Positions 10,885 to 22,012 are shown, counted from the first letter of the stretch. The stretch: 64,000 bases of DNA from Candidatus Margulisiibacteriota bacterium (GCA_050250935.1 JBFWNS010000005.1:75523-139522); one strand, 5' to 3'. The notes: a model not told the origin generated them from the letters alone. A program made the numbers and translations.

Positions 10885-10899
10885 GCTTAAGTGAAGGGG

Positions 10900-11124
10900 T
10901 TAAAGCTTTCCTATAACTTCGCCCAGGGTCTGTACGATGGCATCGGCAAAAATATCCACAGAGAATTCTTTTTCCAGTTTAACCGTTAATTCAGCCAAGT
11001 CCAAAGAATCCAGGCCGATGTCTTCTTTAAGTTTTAAATCAGGAGAATAGGTGATTTGGGGCAGGTCTTTCATCTCTAAAATGTCATTGATAATGGCAAT
11101 GACGCGATCTTCGGTCGTACTCAT
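10900..11124 (-). CDS. Acyl carrier protein (74 aa)
   Basis: Acidic small protein with GLDSLDLAEL phosphopantetheine site. Start moved to MSTTEDR (ATG 11124, GGAG upstream). Confidence 0.9.
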   Translation of the reverse strand: MSTTEDRVIAIINDILEMKDLPQITYSPDLKLKEDIGLDSLDLAELTVKLEKEFSVDIFADAIVQTLGEVIGKL

Positions 11125-11147
11125 AATAGGTCTCCAAGGGGTTTCAT

Positions 11148-12452
11148 TTAAATATCGATAACATGGTCTGCTTTGCAGTTTTTGGTGGCATTGCGGGTGT
11201 CGATGACCAATTTGGCGTTGGCAACGATCGTGGGAATCTCCAAATAGCGGTGGTGGGTGACAATGACCACACAATCCGCTTTGGATAGGGTTTCGGTTGT
11301 TAGGGGTACAGAGGTCAGCGTGGTGGTTTTAAGCTGAATCTGTTTGGCAAAATCGTCGTGATAGCTAACAGAGGCGCCAAGTTCTAGTAGATGTTCCATA
11401 ATTTCCAGGGCTGGAGATTCGCGAACATCATCGATGTTGGCTTTATAGGCGGCTCCCACAATTAAAACAGAGGCGCCATTAACGCTTTTTTTGTGATGGT
11501 TAAGGCCCAACATGGTTTTTTGAACCACATAGCGGGGCATGGATTCGTTGATTTCGCTGGCAAGGCCAATAAAGCGGGCTTCGTAGTTGAGGGTTTTGAG
11601 CTTCCAAGACAGATACAAGGGATCGATCGGAATGCAATGTCCCCCCAACCCAGGCCCTGGGAAAAAGGGCATAAACCCAAACGGCTTGGTGGCGGCGGCT
11701 TCAATCACTTCCCAGGCGTTGATGCCGAGTTTGTTGCACATCAGTACAATTTCGTTGGCCAAGCCAATGTTGACGGATCTGAAGGTGTTTTCCAGTAGCT
11801 TGACCATTTCAGCGGCTTTGGGCGAAGACACTTTAACAATGGTGTCGATGGCCAGGTTGTATACCGCTTCCCCAATGGCCGTGCATTCGGGGGTAATGCC
11901 GCCCAACACTTTGGGGGTGTTTTTGGTGTGATAGGTGGGGTTGCCTGGATCCACGCGTTCAGGGGAAAAGGCCAAATAAAAATCGGTACCGGCTTTAAGA
12001 CCGCTTTCTTCTAATAAAGGTAAAATGACCTCGTCGGTGGTGCCGGGATAGGTGGTGCTTTCTAAAACAATCAGTTGGCCTTTTTGCAGGTGGGCTTTAA
12101 TCGATTCAACGGCGCTGTGAATGTAGCTCATGTCTGGGTCTTTGGTTTTGCCCAAAGGGGTGGGCACGCAGATGCTGATGGCATTCATTTCGCGGAGTTC
12201 TTTAAAGTCGGTGGTGGCTGTAAACCGTTTGTTTGTTACCAGGCTAGAAACAGCGTCGCTGGGAACATCTTGAATGTAAGAAATCCCGGACTTTAGGGAC
12301 TCTATTTTTTTAGGATCGATGTCAAATCCAGTAACCAACGCACCGGCTTTGGCAAATTCCACGCACAAAGGAAGTCCAACATACCCCAACCCAATCACGC
12401 CAATGCGAAGGGTTTGAGAGTCAATTTTTTCCTTAAAAATAGACAGTGACAT
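11148..12452 (-). CDS. UDP-N-acetylhexosamine 6-dehydrogenase (WbpA/TviB-like)
   Basis: GLGYVGLP, ESTTYPGTT, FSPERVDPGN, KLLENTFRSVNI, GGHCIPIDP. Confidence 0.92.
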   Translation of the reverse strand: MSLSIFKEKIDSQTLRIGVIGLGYVGLPLCVEFAKAGALVTGFDIDPKKIESLKSGISYIQDVPSDAVSSLVTNKRFTATTDFKELREMNAISICVPTPLGKTKDPDMSYIHSAVESIKAHLQKGQLIVLESTTYPGTTDEVILPLLEESGLKAGTDFYLAFSPERVDPGNPTYHTKNTPKVLGGITPECTAIGEAVYNLAIDTIVKVSSPKAAEMVKLLENTFRSVNIGLANEIVLMCNKLGINAWEVIEAAATKPFGFMPFFPGPGLGGHCIPIDPLYLSWKLKTLNYEARFIGLASEINESMPRYVVQKTMLGLNHHKKSVNGASVLIVGAAYKANIDDVRESPALEIMEHLLELGASVSYHDDFAKQIQLKTTTLTSVPLTTETLSKADCVVIVTHHRYLEIPTIVANAKLVIDTRNATKNCKADHVIDI

Positions 12453-12532
12453 AAATAAAAACCTTTAAAATGGGGTAAAAATAGACAATGATTTTATCTT
12501 AAACACCCACAATTTGCCATATCGGGCAACCC

Positions 12533-13408
12533 TTATCGTGTTTCTTGGGCAATTCGAATCAAATATTGACCGTAGTCATTTTTTTGAAGGGGTTCGCCCA
12601 AGCTCAGCAATTGTGCTTTGGAAATGTAACCTTTTCTAAAGGCAATTTCTTCTGGACAAGCAATTTTAAGGCTTTGGCGTTTCTCGACCGTTTCCACGAA
12701 TTGAGAGGCTTCCAGCAAGCTGTTGTGGGTTCCGGTATCCAACCAGGCAAATCCGCGTCCAAATTGCTGAACTGTAAGGGTGTTCTCGATCAAATACAGG
12801 TGATTAATATCCGTTATTTCGAGTTCTCCACGTTTGGACGGGTGAATGTGTTTGGCTTTTTTGACCACGGAGTTGTCGTAAAAATAGAGACCTGTAACGG
12901 CATAGTCTGATTTTGGTTTTTTGGGTTTTTCTTCAATGGAAATGGCTTTGTTTTGGTCGTTAAACTCAATCACCCCAAACCGTTCTGGGTCTGGAACACG
13001 ATAGGCAAACAGGGTGGCCCCTTGGTTTTTTGTGGCGGCTTCTTGCAACATGGTGGAGAACCCTTGTCCATAAAAAATGTTATCGCCTAAAATAAGGGTA
13101 ACCGGGTCTTGCCCGATAAAGGTTTCGGCCACCAAAAACGCCTGGGCAATGCCTTCTGGCTTTTCTTGAACCGCATAACTGAGCTGCAGCCCCCATTGGG
13201 AGCCATCGCCCAAAAGGTCTTCAAATCGGCTGATATCCTGTGGGGTAGAGATGATTAAAATCTCGCGAATATTGGCCAACATTAATACCGACAAGGGGTA
13301 GTAAATCATGGGCTTGTCGTATACAGGCAGCAATTGTTTGGATATGGCTTTGGTGACAGGGTAAAGACGTGTCCCGCTTCCGCCGGCTAAAATAATACCT
13401 TTTCTCAT
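12533..13408 (-). CDS. rfbA: Glucose-1-phosphate thymidylyltransferase
   Basis: [43 protein letters not shown]. Confidence 0.96.
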   Translation of the reverse strand: MRKGIILAGGSGTRLYPVTKAISKQLLPVYDKPMIYYPLSVLMLANIREILIISTPQDISRFEDLLGDGSQWGLQLSYAVQEKPEGIAQAFLVAETFIGQDPVTLILGDNIFYGQGFSTMLQEAATKNQGATLFAYRVPDPERFGVIEFNDQNKAISIEEKPKKPKSDYAVTGLYFYDNSVVKKAKHIHPSKRGELEITDINHLYLIENTLTVQQFGRGFAWLDTGTHNSLLEASQFVETVEKRQSLKIACPEEIAFRKGYISKAQLLSLGEPLQKNDYGQYLIRIAQETR

Positions 13409-13542
13409 GGCTCTAGTTTATAGCGAGTGGGTTCTACTCGTAAATACAAGAAAGGTCCTGGTTCAAACCCTTGTCTGGATCCTCTTGGAGGATGGTAGGG
13501 TAAACGGTATTATCGGGCTAAATAAACTATTGGAGAAATCAC

Positions 13543-14448
13543 ATGATGAATACCAATTCTTTTCCTCAAGTCGATGTCTGTGTGGTTGCCTATAATCAGG
13601 CCCCGCTGATTGAATCTTCGATTCAGTCTATTTTGGATCAGGATTACCCCAATTTTCGAATCATTGTTTCAGATGATGATTCTCAGGATGAAACGCCCGC
13701 TGTTTTAAAGCGCTTGGCCGAGCTTCATCCCGATAAAATTAAACTGAATTTCAACCCTAAAAATCTGGGTATCACGGGCAATTCAAGTTATGTCTTAAGC
13801 CTTGCGACAGCCAACTATGTTGCCTTGCTCGCCGGGGACGATCTGATGAGAAAAGACCGTCTTTCAAAGCAAGTTCACCGTTTGCAACAGCATCCCCAAG
13901 CTGCAGGCTGCATGAGCAGTGTCCTCGTAGAAGATGTGACAACCCAAGAATCGCATGTTGGCCATTTTCCAGATTTTGCATCCGAGGATTTTTTGAAAAT
14001 TCTGACCACCTACAATCAAGTCCCCTCTTCTACACTCATGCTTAATCGAACCCAGTGTGGGGATATCCACTATGATCCCAGAACCCCGATTGTGAGTGAT
14101 TGGTTATTTGTAAATGAGATTGCGTTTAAGGGCATGGTCTATGTTGATGAGCCTTTAACCATATACCGCAGACATGCTTCCAATACGACACTACATGGTG
14201 CTGATAAAACCTATCTCGATGATCGCTTAATCGCGGTTGATATCTTATTTTCAAAACTTCAGCGGCATTATTGGAAATTCCGATATGCGCGTTCCAATGT
14301 GTATCTTGGTGTTGCAAATCGGTATTGGCTGACTGGCAAAAAGCGGCAAGGCTTATGGTTTATTGTCTATGCGCTTTTGGAATATCCCTGTAATAAAAAT
14401 GTTTATGAGTCCTTTTTGAAGGTGATTCAAAAGCGGTTTCGTGGATAA
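13543..14448 (+). CDS. GT2 family glycosyltransferase
   Basis: VVAYNQ...SILDQDY...IIVSDDDSQD, AGDD, SDW motifs. Confidence 0.88.
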   Translation: MMNTNSFPQVDVCVVAYNQAPLIESSIQSILDQDYPNFRIIVSDDDSQDETPAVLKRLAELHPDKIKLNFNPKNLGITGNSSYVLSLATANYVALLAGDDLMRKDRLSKQVHRLQQHPQAAGCMSSVLVEDVTTQESHVGHFPDFASEDFLKILTTYNQVPSSTLMLNRTQCGDIHYDPRTPIVSDWLFVNEIAFKGMVYVDEPLTIYRRHASNTTLHGADKTYLDDRLIAVDILFSKLQRHYWKFRYARSNVYLGVANRYWLTGKKRQGLWFIVYALLEYPCNKNVYESFLKVIQKRFRG

Positions 14449-14467
14449 CTTTGGGTTTTAGATAAAG

Positions 14468-15394
14468 CTAGAGGTCTAGTTGATAAAAATCGTGCACAAT
14501 GGCACGGCCTCCGAAGCCTTCTTTTTGTTCAACCAGTCCTTGATTAAGCATTTTTCCTTGTTCGGTTGTTGAAATGCCGAAATCGAAATGGTTTTTTGTG
14601 CAGGTTGTGATGAGGTGATCAAAAATCGCATCCAAAGCCCCCAATTCTCGGCCTTGGGGGCTGCTGGCAATATACTGGGCATGCGCAACTGTATTGGTTT
14701 CAAATACAACAACTCCAGCCACCGTTTCTTCCTCTTTTTTTGCACAGACCAGTCGAATGTTTTGGGGGAATCTGCTGTGAAGCAGGGTGATTTCTTGAAG
14801 GGTGTGAACAGGTTTTGTGTCGTGGCGTTCGAGCGCGTCGCTTAGGATTCTCCAGAAAGAATCGAACGGTGTTTCTTCCAAGATATGAATATGGTTTTGA
14901 GTTGCTTTTTTAATGCCCCTTCGTCTGCGTTCTTGATAGGGCAGTCTACGATGGATATCCACGGTTGTAGATAGATCTCTTCGAATCAGCCGCGCGCCAG
15001 CTAGGGTGAGTGCATACAGATCTTCTTGGGAAGGAAGTTGGTGGTAAATAGAGGGCATGGCTTTGTACAGCAGGTGTTTGAAGCCATAGGCTTGGCCATG
15101 GAGTTTGAGTGCTTCAATGATGCCGCAGGCCATCGCCGCTGTGACTTTTGAGCTCATCAGGAGGCCTCCAAAGGACAGTCCTTGATGCGAATAAAGGCCG
15201 TGGTCTTGTTCGTTGGCAGGGAAAAGGGCAACCAACTCGTCCCGATGGTACACCAATAGAGAATGATCGTTGAATCGATCCGAATGGTAATCCATATACG
15301 CTCGATTAAAGAAAAAATGTGGGTTTTTAACGGTGGTTAAAAAGTCATCCCAAAGGTTTTTCTGATCGGGTTGGTAACGAATAAGCTTAATCAT
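14468..15394 (-). CDS. GNAT/FemAB-like acyltransferase of polysaccharide loci
   Basis: YMDYHSDRF, SHQGLSFGG, FDFGIST, KEGFGGR. Confidence 0.8.
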   Translation of the reverse strand: MIKLIRYQPDQKNLWDDFLTTVKNPHFFFNRAYMDYHSDRFNDHSLLVYHRDELVALFPANEQDHGLYSHQGLSFGGLLMSSKVTAAMACGIIEALKLHGQAYGFKHLLYKAMPSIYHQLPSQEDLYALTLAGARLIRRDLSTTVDIHRRLPYQERRRRGIKKATQNHIHILEETPFDSFWRILSDALERHDTKPVHTLQEITLLHSRFPQNIRLVCAKKEEETVAGVVVFETNTVAHAQYIASSPQGRELGALDAIFDHLITTCTKNHFDFGISTTEQGKMLNQGLVEQKEGFGGRAIVHDFYQLDL

Positions 15395-16307
15395 CTGGGC
15401 ACAGCTCCGCGTAACCTACCCCTGTTTTTCCGTACTGATTGCCATTGTAAAATAAATAGTGTTTGTTTTTGTGGGAAAACGGAATCCCGTAGCAGATCAT
15501 GTCCGAGTCCCACCCAGAAGCCGAGGTCTCTACGCCAAATTCAGTTGGGCTTTTTGTCCAGTGAATGCCATCTTTGGATTCTGCTTGCCCTAAACGGTAA
15601 TTTTTTGAAAAGTAGCGAATGGAATACACCATTTTGTAGGTGTTGTTCGGTTCTTTTGTGACATAAGGCCTGCCAAATCCGTGAATATCCTCATCTGTGT
15701 CGATGCATAAAACACCGGTTTCTCCCCAGTGAATGCCGTCGGAAGATTCCAAATAGTTGATTTTATAGATTGGCAATGGTTTGCCCTGGTAAGACGTCCA
15801 TTCATTTCCGCCCAGGTACCACATCTTCCAGACATTGTTTTCTTTGAGTACAAAGGGGGCGGTACGAATGTATTTTTCTTGGGGGCTTCGATCCAAAATA
15901 GGCGTTTCTTGGTATTTTTGAAAAGACTGGCCGTTGTCTTGGCTGATGGCGAGTCCGGAGAATAAATAGTAGGGCCTTTTTACACCCAATTGGAACCCGA
16001 CATAATACAAGTAAAGCTGGTTATCCTGCGAAACAATCGAAATGGGGACCACGCCATTCTCGTCAAAGGTGCCGTCCTCGCCAATATCGAGCAGGGGGGT
16101 TGGGCTGACAGCCAGTACTTCGGAAGGATTTTCGGGGTTTACATCGACATAGCCAATTCTGCTGCGATTTTGAACATCAGCAAAGGCAACATAGAGTCTT
16201 AGAACTTGGTCAGAGAGCAGATGGGGAACTGGTAAAGAGGCGCCGGTAGCGGCCCAATTCGATTCTCCTTTGGCGCAGTATATTAGTCCTTTTTTTTGCC
16301 ATTTCAT
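15387..16307 (-). CDS. Five-bladed beta-propeller (GH43/GH130-like) protein
   Basis: Repeated S-x-D-G-x-x-W/F Asp-box-like motifs, LYLYYVG, YLFYNGN. Confidence 0.65.
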   Translation of the reverse strand: MKWQKKGLIYCAKGESNWAATGASLPVPHLLSDQVLRLYVAFADVQNRSRIGYVDVNPENPSEVLAVSPTPLLDIGEDGTFDENGVVPISIVSQDNQLYLYYVGFQLGVKRPYYLFSGLAISQDNGQSFQKYQETPILDRSPQEKYIRTAPFVLKENNVWKMWYLGGNEWTSYQGKPLPIYKINYLESSDGIHWGETGVLCIDTDEDIHGFGRPYVTKEPNNTYKMVYSIRYFSKNYRLGQAESKDGIHWTKSPTEFGVETSASGWDSDMICYGIPFSHKNKHYLFYNGNQYGKTGVGYAELCPDD

Positions 16308-16312
16308 GGGGA

Positions 16313-16978
16313 TTAGACGTTAAACTTTTGGGTGGCCGATACGGCGGCTGCTTGGCCGGGGATGCCCTTATAAATCTTGTTCGGTTCCGTGTTTTTATGA
16401 ATAGCCGTTCCCATTGCAATAAAATTATCTTGGGCAATGGCGACTTCATCGGCCACCGCAGTATTCACCCCCATAAAAGTGAACGCCCCTATTTTACAAA
16501 AACCTGATATCACAACGTGTGATGAAATAAAACAATGGTCTTCGATGAGGGTCTGATGACCGATGTGATTCCCGCTCCACAAAATGACATTGTTTCCAAT
16601 TTTGACAAAAGGTTGCAGCGTATTGTGTTCAAAGACAAAGCAATTTTCGCCCAATTCGACATTGTGCCATTTAAACGCTCGCGAGCTCACATAGGATGCG
16701 CAGGTGTAGCCCCAAGATTTTACAAGGTCAAATAACCGGGCTCGAACACGGTTCAGTTTTACGAAGGAAACCGCCACGAAGATGTGATAATCGGAGGGCG
16801 AAAATTGGCTGGAAAGTGTTTCTAAATCCAAGAGGGGTTTATCGAGAAAGGAATCCCCTTTTTTAAAGTCGGCTTCTACGGCAAAAGCAACCACTTCGTA
16901 CTGGGAATCATGGGTGAAGTACTCATAGGCAATCATCGCAAATTCACCCGCGCCTACAATGATCAATTGTGTTGACAT
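16313..16978 (-). CDS. NeuD/PglD-family sugar acetyltransferase
   Basis: IIVGAGEFA Rossmann-like N-domain plus hexapeptide repeats, GNHIGH. Confidence 0.88.
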   Translation of the reverse strand: MSTQLIIVGAGEFAMIAYEYFTHDSQYEVVAFAVEADFKKGDSFLDKPLLDLETLSSQFSPSDYHIFVAVSFVKLNRVRARLFDLVKSWGYTCASYVSSRAFKWHNVELGENCFVFEHNTLQPFVKIGNNVILWSGNHIGHQTLIEDHCFISSHVVISGFCKIGAFTFMGVNTAVADEVAIAQDNFIAMGTAIHKNTEPNKIYKGIPGQAAAVSATQKFNV

Positions 16979-17013
16979 AATTTGAAGTTAAGATCATGGG
17001 TCTGATTTGTCAA
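16979..17013 (-). promoter_or_regulatory. Sigma70 promoter, probably leaderless transcript
   Basis: Minus strand TTGACA-N17-TAACTT-N6-ATG(16978). Confidence 0.6.
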
Positions 17014-17054
17014 ATTTGATTTATTCGAGGCTTTTGTATACCTTTGGTCTATTC

Positions 17055-18146
17055 ATGCCTCTTATTCCTTTTTTAGATTTAAAAGCCCCCTATGTTGAGT
17101 GCAAAGCTGATTTTGATGCGGCTTACCAGCGAGTCATGCATTCTGGACACTATGTGTTGGGGCCGGAACTCGAGGCCTTTGAAGCCGAGTTTGCGGCCTA
17201 TTGTGGGGTTTCCTACGCCGTTGGTGTAGGCAATGGCTTGGAAGCGCTGGAGCTGTTGCTGACAGCTTATGGCATTGGGCCTGGTGACGAGGTGATTGTT
17301 CCTTCAAATACCTACATTGCAACCTGGCTGGCGGTCAGTAGCCGAGGCGCTGTACCCGTTCCGGTAGAACCTGGGCCGGATTATAACCTTGATCCAACCC
17401 GAATTGTTGGCGCAATTACGGCCAAAACCAAAGCAATTATCCCCGTGCATTTGTATGGTTTGCCGGCCGATATGGAGGCCATTATGGCCATTGCCAAAAA
17501 GCATGATTTGATTGTGATTGAAGATGCGGCTCAGGCGCATGGGGCGCTGTATAAAGGGCGAAAAACAGGGTCCTTGGGACACGCCGCTGGGTTTAGTTTT
17601 TACCCTGGTAAAAATTTGGGGGCATTTGGGGATGCTGGCGCCATCACAACCCAGGATTCGGCTATTGCGGCTAAGGTTAAGCTCCTGCGCAATTACGGGT
17701 CTCAAACAAAATATTACAACGAGGTTCAAGGTGTGAATGCCAGATTGGATGAACTTCAAGCAGCCTTTTTGCGGGTGAAGTTGGCTCGTCTCGATGCATG
17801 GAATGGCCGCAGAAAAAGAATGGCGCAGATCTATCAAGAACAGCTTGCCAATGCGCCGTTGGTCTTGCCGAAACATCAGGCTTGGGCCGAATCGGCCTGG
17901 CATTTGTTTGTGATTCAAGTGGACAATCGAGACCAGGTTCAGGATCGTTTGGCAGCGCGTGGCATTCAAACCCTGGTTCATTATCCAGTTCCGCCTCATC
18001 ATCAACGGGCTTATCCCGAGTTTGCGTCTTGGTCTTTGCCTCTTTCAGAGGCACTACACCGGCGGGTGCTAAGTTTGCCCATGGGCCCTCATGTGTCGCC
18101 TGAAAATGTCACTCAGGTTGCCCAGGTGTTGACCGAGGTTTTATGA
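17055..18146 (+). CDS. DegT family aminotransferase, FdtB-like
   Basis: [48 protein letters not shown]; start moved to ATG 17055. Confidence 0.9.
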   Translation: MPLIPFLDLKAPYVECKADFDAAYQRVMHSGHYVLGPELEAFEAEFAAYCGVSYAVGVGNGLEALELLLTAYGIGPGDEVIVPSNTYIATWLAVSSRGAVPVPVEPGPDYNLDPTRIVGAITAKTKAIIPVHLYGLPADMEAIMAIAKKHDLIVIEDAAQAHGALYKGRKTGSLGHAAGFSFYPGKNLGAFGDAGAITTQDSAIAAKVKLLRNYGSQTKYYNEVQGVNARLDELQAAFLRVKLARLDAWNGRRKRMAQIYQEQLANAPLVLPKHQAWAESAWHLFVIQVDNRDQVQDRLAARGIQTLVHYPVPPHHQRAYPEFASWSLPLSEALHRRVLSLPMGPHVSPENVTQVAQVLTEVL

Positions 18147-19390
18147 ACTTTTGGAAAACCTCGTTTTGGGCTGTTTTGGCAGCAATGGCTCGATTGGCTG
18201 CTCAGTTTGTGGTGGCCAAATTAATTGCGGTGTTTGGTACGCCGGCCACCTTTGGGATTATCGGGCAATTTCAGTCGTTTGTGAGTTTGGTTCAGGTTGG
18301 CGCTGGCGGGGTCATTTGTAGTGGCATTACCAAATATGCTGCTGAATACCATGCCGAACCGGAGCGTTTAACAGAACTGTCTCGAACCGCTTTCAAATTT
18401 GGACTCTATGCTTCTGGAGCGGTGGGGCTGGTGATTGTGGTGTTCGCTAAACCGTTGTCTATGTGGGTATTTCAGTCGGACCAGTATTGGCTGGTGTTGG
18501 CCGTGTTTGGGCTGACCGTGTTTGGCTATACCCTGAACCAAATGGTGTTGTCGCTTCTAAATGGCCTGAATGAGATGAAAAAATATGCCTCTTTGGCCTT
18601 GGTTGGGGCGGTTTTATCTGTGGTATTGATTGCAACATTTGGCTATGTTTACTCTACAAAAGGGGTGTTGCTGGCTTTTAGTTTGTCCCAGCTAATATTG
18701 TTGGGTGTTGCGATTTTCTTTATGAGGCGATTGTCTTTTTCGGCCCGATTTTGGCGGCAACCTTTGAATGCCCCTTTGCTTAAAAAGCTTTTAATTTTCT
18801 CGTTGATGAGTTTGGCTTCAATTCTTGCTGCCCCTTCGGCTCAGCTGTTGTTACGCAATTATGTGGCGACTTATAGCTCTTGGGAAGTGGTTGGATATTG
18901 GCAGGCAATGACCCGCATTTCAGATGGGTATTTGATGTTGATTACTATGGTGATTTCAACCTATGCCCTGCCCCAATATGCCCGGATTTCGGACAAACAG
19001 GTTTTGTGCGCCGAGGTTCTCTATTTACTCAAACGGTTGGTGCCGATTGTAGCTGTGTGCGCAGTGTTGATTTTTTTAGTTCGAAAGTGGGTAATTTTAA
19101 CCTTGTTTTCGGCTCAATTTTTAACCATTCAAAATCTCTTTTTATTTCAACTATTGGGGGATGTATTTAAAATTGCCAGCTGGGTGATTGCCAATGTATT
19201 GGTTGCTCACGCTCAAATTAAAACGTTTATTGTGTTGGAATTGTCTGGGATTTTAAGTTTTATGGCATTGAGTATGGTGTTTTTTCGATACTTTGGGTTG
19301 CCAGGGTTGCCAATGGCCTTTTGTTTGAACTATTTCTGTTTTTTTTCGGTCACGGCAATTTGGTTTTGGTTTTATGTAAAAAAAGGCTAA
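18143..19390 (+). CDS. wzx: WzxE-like O-unit flippase
   Basis: [37 protein letters not shown]; multi-TM. Confidence 0.88.
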   Translation: MNFWKTSFWAVLAAMARLAAQFVVAKLIAVFGTPATFGIIGQFQSFVSLVQVGAGGVICSGITKYAAEYHAEPERLTELSRTAFKFGLYASGAVGLVIVVFAKPLSMWVFQSDQYWLVLAVFGLTVFGYTLNQMVLSLLNGLNEMKKYASLALVGAVLSVVLIATFGYVYSTKGVLLAFSLSQLILLGVAIFFMRRLSFSARFWRQPLNAPLLKKLLIFSLMSLASILAAPSAQLLLRNYVATYSSWEVVGYWQAMTRISDGYLMLITMVISTYALPQYARISDKQVLCAEVLYLLKRLVPIVAVCAVLIFLVRKWVILTLFSAQFLTIQNLFLFQLLGDVFKIASWVIANVLVAHAQIKTFIVLELSGILSFMALSMVFFRYFGLPGLPMAFCLNYFCFFSVTAIWFWFYVKKG

Positions 19391-19812
19391 CTTGGGTGCT
19401 TTGAGGTGCACACAATCCCTTTGAATGCGAGAAAGGTGTCATAATCGCGAATGTAGTCTTCTTCGATATAGGGTTGGGAGGCCAAGACCATCAAAATACA
19501 GTCTGGGCTGAAGTGGTGCATTTCTCGCCATATTCCTGGGGTAATCAGAAGGCCTACATAGGGTTGGTTTAATTCAAAAGATCCTTTTTGGGTGCCATCG
19601 TCCAACAAAAATTGACAAGAGCCCTTTAAGCAGACTACTAGTTGTTGAAGCTTTTTGTGGGCATGAAATCCTCGGCTGATTCCTTGTTGCGTGTTAAAAA
19701 TGGTATAGACCCGTTTAATATCGAAAGGGACCGTATCGGACTCTAAAGCTATTAACTGGCCACTGTCGTCGCCATGAAGCGGTAGATGAATCAGGCGTCC
19801 AAGTTGTTGCAT
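19387..19812 (-). CDS. fdtA: FdtA/QdtA-family dTDP-4-keto-6-deoxyhexose 3,4-ketoisomerase (cupin)
   Basis: PFDIKRVY, RGFHAHK, WREM, YIEEDYIRDY. Confidence 0.88.
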   Translation of the reverse strand: MQQLGRLIHLPLHGDDSGQLIALESDTVPFDIKRVYTIFNTQQGISRGFHAHKKLQQLVVCLKGSCQFLLDDGTQKGSFELNQPYVGLLITPGIWREMHHFSPDCILMVLASQPYIEEDYIRDYDTFLAFKGIVCTSKHPS

Positions 19813-19823
19813 GGGGCCCCTTT

Positions 19824-21134
19824 TTATTGTCCTACACCGTAATAGGTGAATCCCTTTTGGGTTAAGACGCTTCTTTTGTAAATGTTTCGGGTGTCAAAAA
19901 CGATGGGGGAATTTTGTGTGGTTTTAATCAGATCAAAATCCAATTCCTTAAATTCGTTCCAATCGGTTAGCAAGACAAACAAATCGGCGTTTTGCAGGGC
20001 TTCATAGGGGTTTTGGGTGTAGGTTAGGGTAGGGTAAAGGGCTTTGAAATGGGGCATGGCTTCGGGGTCGTAACATTGGATGGTGGCCCCGAGTTTTAAA
20101 AGACCTTCGACTATCGTAAGGGCCGAAGATTCTCGGATATCATCGGTGTTGGCTTTAAAGGCCAGTCCCAAAATGCCGATGGTTTTGCCTGAAACCGAAC
20201 CCAGGATGGTGGTGATTTTGTTCAAAACCCATTGTTTTTGTTCGTCGTTAACTGTTTGGGCTGCCGAAACAATTTTAAGATCCACACCATGGGCTTGGCC
20301 GACTTGAAGCAGGGCTTGAGTGTCTTTGGGAAAGCAAGAGCCCCCATAGCCTGGGCCTGGATTCAAGAAAAACTTCCCAATTCTGTGGTCTAGGCCCATG
20401 CCTTTTGAAATGTCATGAACGTTTGCGCCCACCGCTTCGCTGAGTCTGGCCATGTCGTTGATAAAGGAAATTTTGGTGGCCAAAAAGGCGTTGGCGGCAT
20501 ATTTAATCAGTTCGGCGCTTTCTAGGCTGGTTTTGAGAATGGGCACATCGTGATGGTCCAAGGGTTTATACAGCGCTTCGATCTCGGCCAAGGCCTCGTC
20601 GGAAGTTCCCCCAAGCACCACACGATCGGGCTCAAAAAAATCATCCAGTGCGCAGCCTTCTCGCAAAAATTCTGGATTCGAGATCACTGCAAAGTGGGTT
20701 TGGGGAACCCCAGCGTTTAGTAGCTGGGTTTGAATGCGTTTACACGTGCCCACCGGAACCGTGCTTTTATTCACCACAATGGTTCGGGTAGATTTGGTTT
20801 TGATGGCTGTGGCAATGGTGTCCACGGCCTGAAACAAATAGGTTAAGTTGGCACTACCATCGGGGTTGGGTGGGGTTCCCACAGCGGTGAACACAATGTC
20901 GGCGTTTGGTAGTTCGGATGCCAAATCGGTCGAGAAACGCAGGCGTTTGGCTTCGAGGTTTTTTACAATTAAAGCTTCTAGTCCAGGTTCAAAAATGGGG
21001 GATTTTCCGGTTTTGAGCAGGGCAATTTTGTCGGGGTTAATGTCCAAACCGATCACGTGGTGACCAAAATCGGCCAAACACGTGGCCGTGACCAAGCCGA
21101 CATAGCCGGTTCCTAAAACGGCAATGGTTTTCAT
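19824..21134 (-). CDS. ugd: UDP-glucose 6-dehydrogenase
   Basis: GTGYVGLV, KSTVPVGT, NPEFLREG, KYAANAFLATKISFIN, GYGGSCFPKD. Confidence 0.93.
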   Translation of the reverse strand: MKTIAVLGTGYVGLVTATCLADFGHHVIGLDINPDKIALLKTGKSPIFEPGLEALIVKNLEAKRLRFSTDLASELPNADIVFTAVGTPPNPDGSANLTYLFQAVDTIATAIKTKSTRTIVVNKSTVPVGTCKRIQTQLLNAGVPQTHFAVISNPEFLREGCALDDFFEPDRVVLGGTSDEALAEIEALYKPLDHHDVPILKTSLESAELIKYAANAFLATKISFINDMARLSEAVGANVHDISKGMGLDHRIGKFFLNPGPGYGGSCFPKDTQALLQVGQAHGVDLKIVSAAQTVNDEQKQWVLNKITTILGSVSGKTIGILGLAFKANTDDIRESSALTIVEGLLKLGATIQCYDPEAMPHFKALYPTLTYTQNPYEALQNADLFVLLTDWNEFKELDFDLIKTTQNSPIVFDTRNIYKRSVLTQKGFTYYGVGQ

Positions 21135-22012
21135 GAAATGAGCTCCAAGGTTATTTTTCCGTCTTCAAGGGTGGCCAAATCGGTGGGTGTTTCGGGGTTT
21201 TCGCACAAGCCCAGAAAGGCCGCCAATTCTAGCCGAAGGGCTTCGCCTTTTTTGACATATTTGGATTGTACGGTATGCCCGTTGTGATGGGGCTCGGAAA
21301 AGGTCAGTTCTTGGGTTAACAGGTCAGCTTGATACAACCCGTTTTCCGTAAACACCTCGACCAGTCGCCGACGCATGGGGCTATGCCAATGGGTTTGAAT
21401 CAGGCCAGAAATGCCAGACTGGGTTTTGAGTACCAACGTGGCATAGTCTTCCTGGGTGGCATGGACCCACTGCTGTTTTGAAATGGCAATTTCAGAAATC
21501 GTACTGCCTAAAAAGCGAATCAGATCCAAATCGTGGACGGCCAAATCGGCCAAAATGCCCACATCTTGAATCCGTGCTGGAAAAGGGCTAAGGCGTTGAA
21601 TATGAATGGCCCGAATGGTTGTGCCATGCAGGGCGTGTTTGAGGGCTTGAATAGCAGGGTTAAACCGTTCGACATGTCCCACGACCAAGGGGGTTTTGTG
21701 GGTGTTGCGAAGCTCGATCAGGGATTGGGCTTCTGTGGGGGTGGTGGCAACGGGTTTTTCGATCAGAGTGGGAATGCCTTGCTCGATAAAAGATCTTGCC
21801 ACGGCATAGTGAAATTGAGTGGGAACCGCAACGATGGCGGCATCTACTTTTTCTTGGGCCAATAGGTCCAAATGGGTGGCATACACAGGGCCAGCAGGGT
21901 GGTTTTTGACCAGGGCATCGGCCAGGACAATTCGGATTCCGGGAAACTGACCCAGGACGGTTACGTGGTTTTTCCCCATAACCCCCAGACCCACGACGGC
22001 GATGGTTTTCAT
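21131..22012 (-). CDS. Gfo/Idh/MocA oxidoreductase (WbpB/WlbA-like)
   Basis: VVGLGVMGKNH, EKP, GHVERFNPA, DLAVHD. True start MKTIAV at 22012 overlaps the wecB stop. Confidence 0.85.
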   Translation of the reverse strand: MKTIAVVGLGVMGKNHVTVLGQFPGIRIVLADALVKNHPAGPVYATHLDLLAQEKVDAAIVAVPTQFHYAVARSFIEQGIPTLIEKPVATTPTEAQSLIELRNTHKTPLVVGHVERFNPAIQALKHALHGTTIRAIHIQRLSPFPARIQDVGILADLAVHDLDLIRFLGSTISEIAISKQQWVHATQEDYATLVLKTQSGISGLIQTHWHSPMRRRLVEVFTENGLYQADLLTQELTFSEPHHNGHTVQSKYVKKGEALRLELAAFLGLCENPETPTDLATLEDGKITLELIS

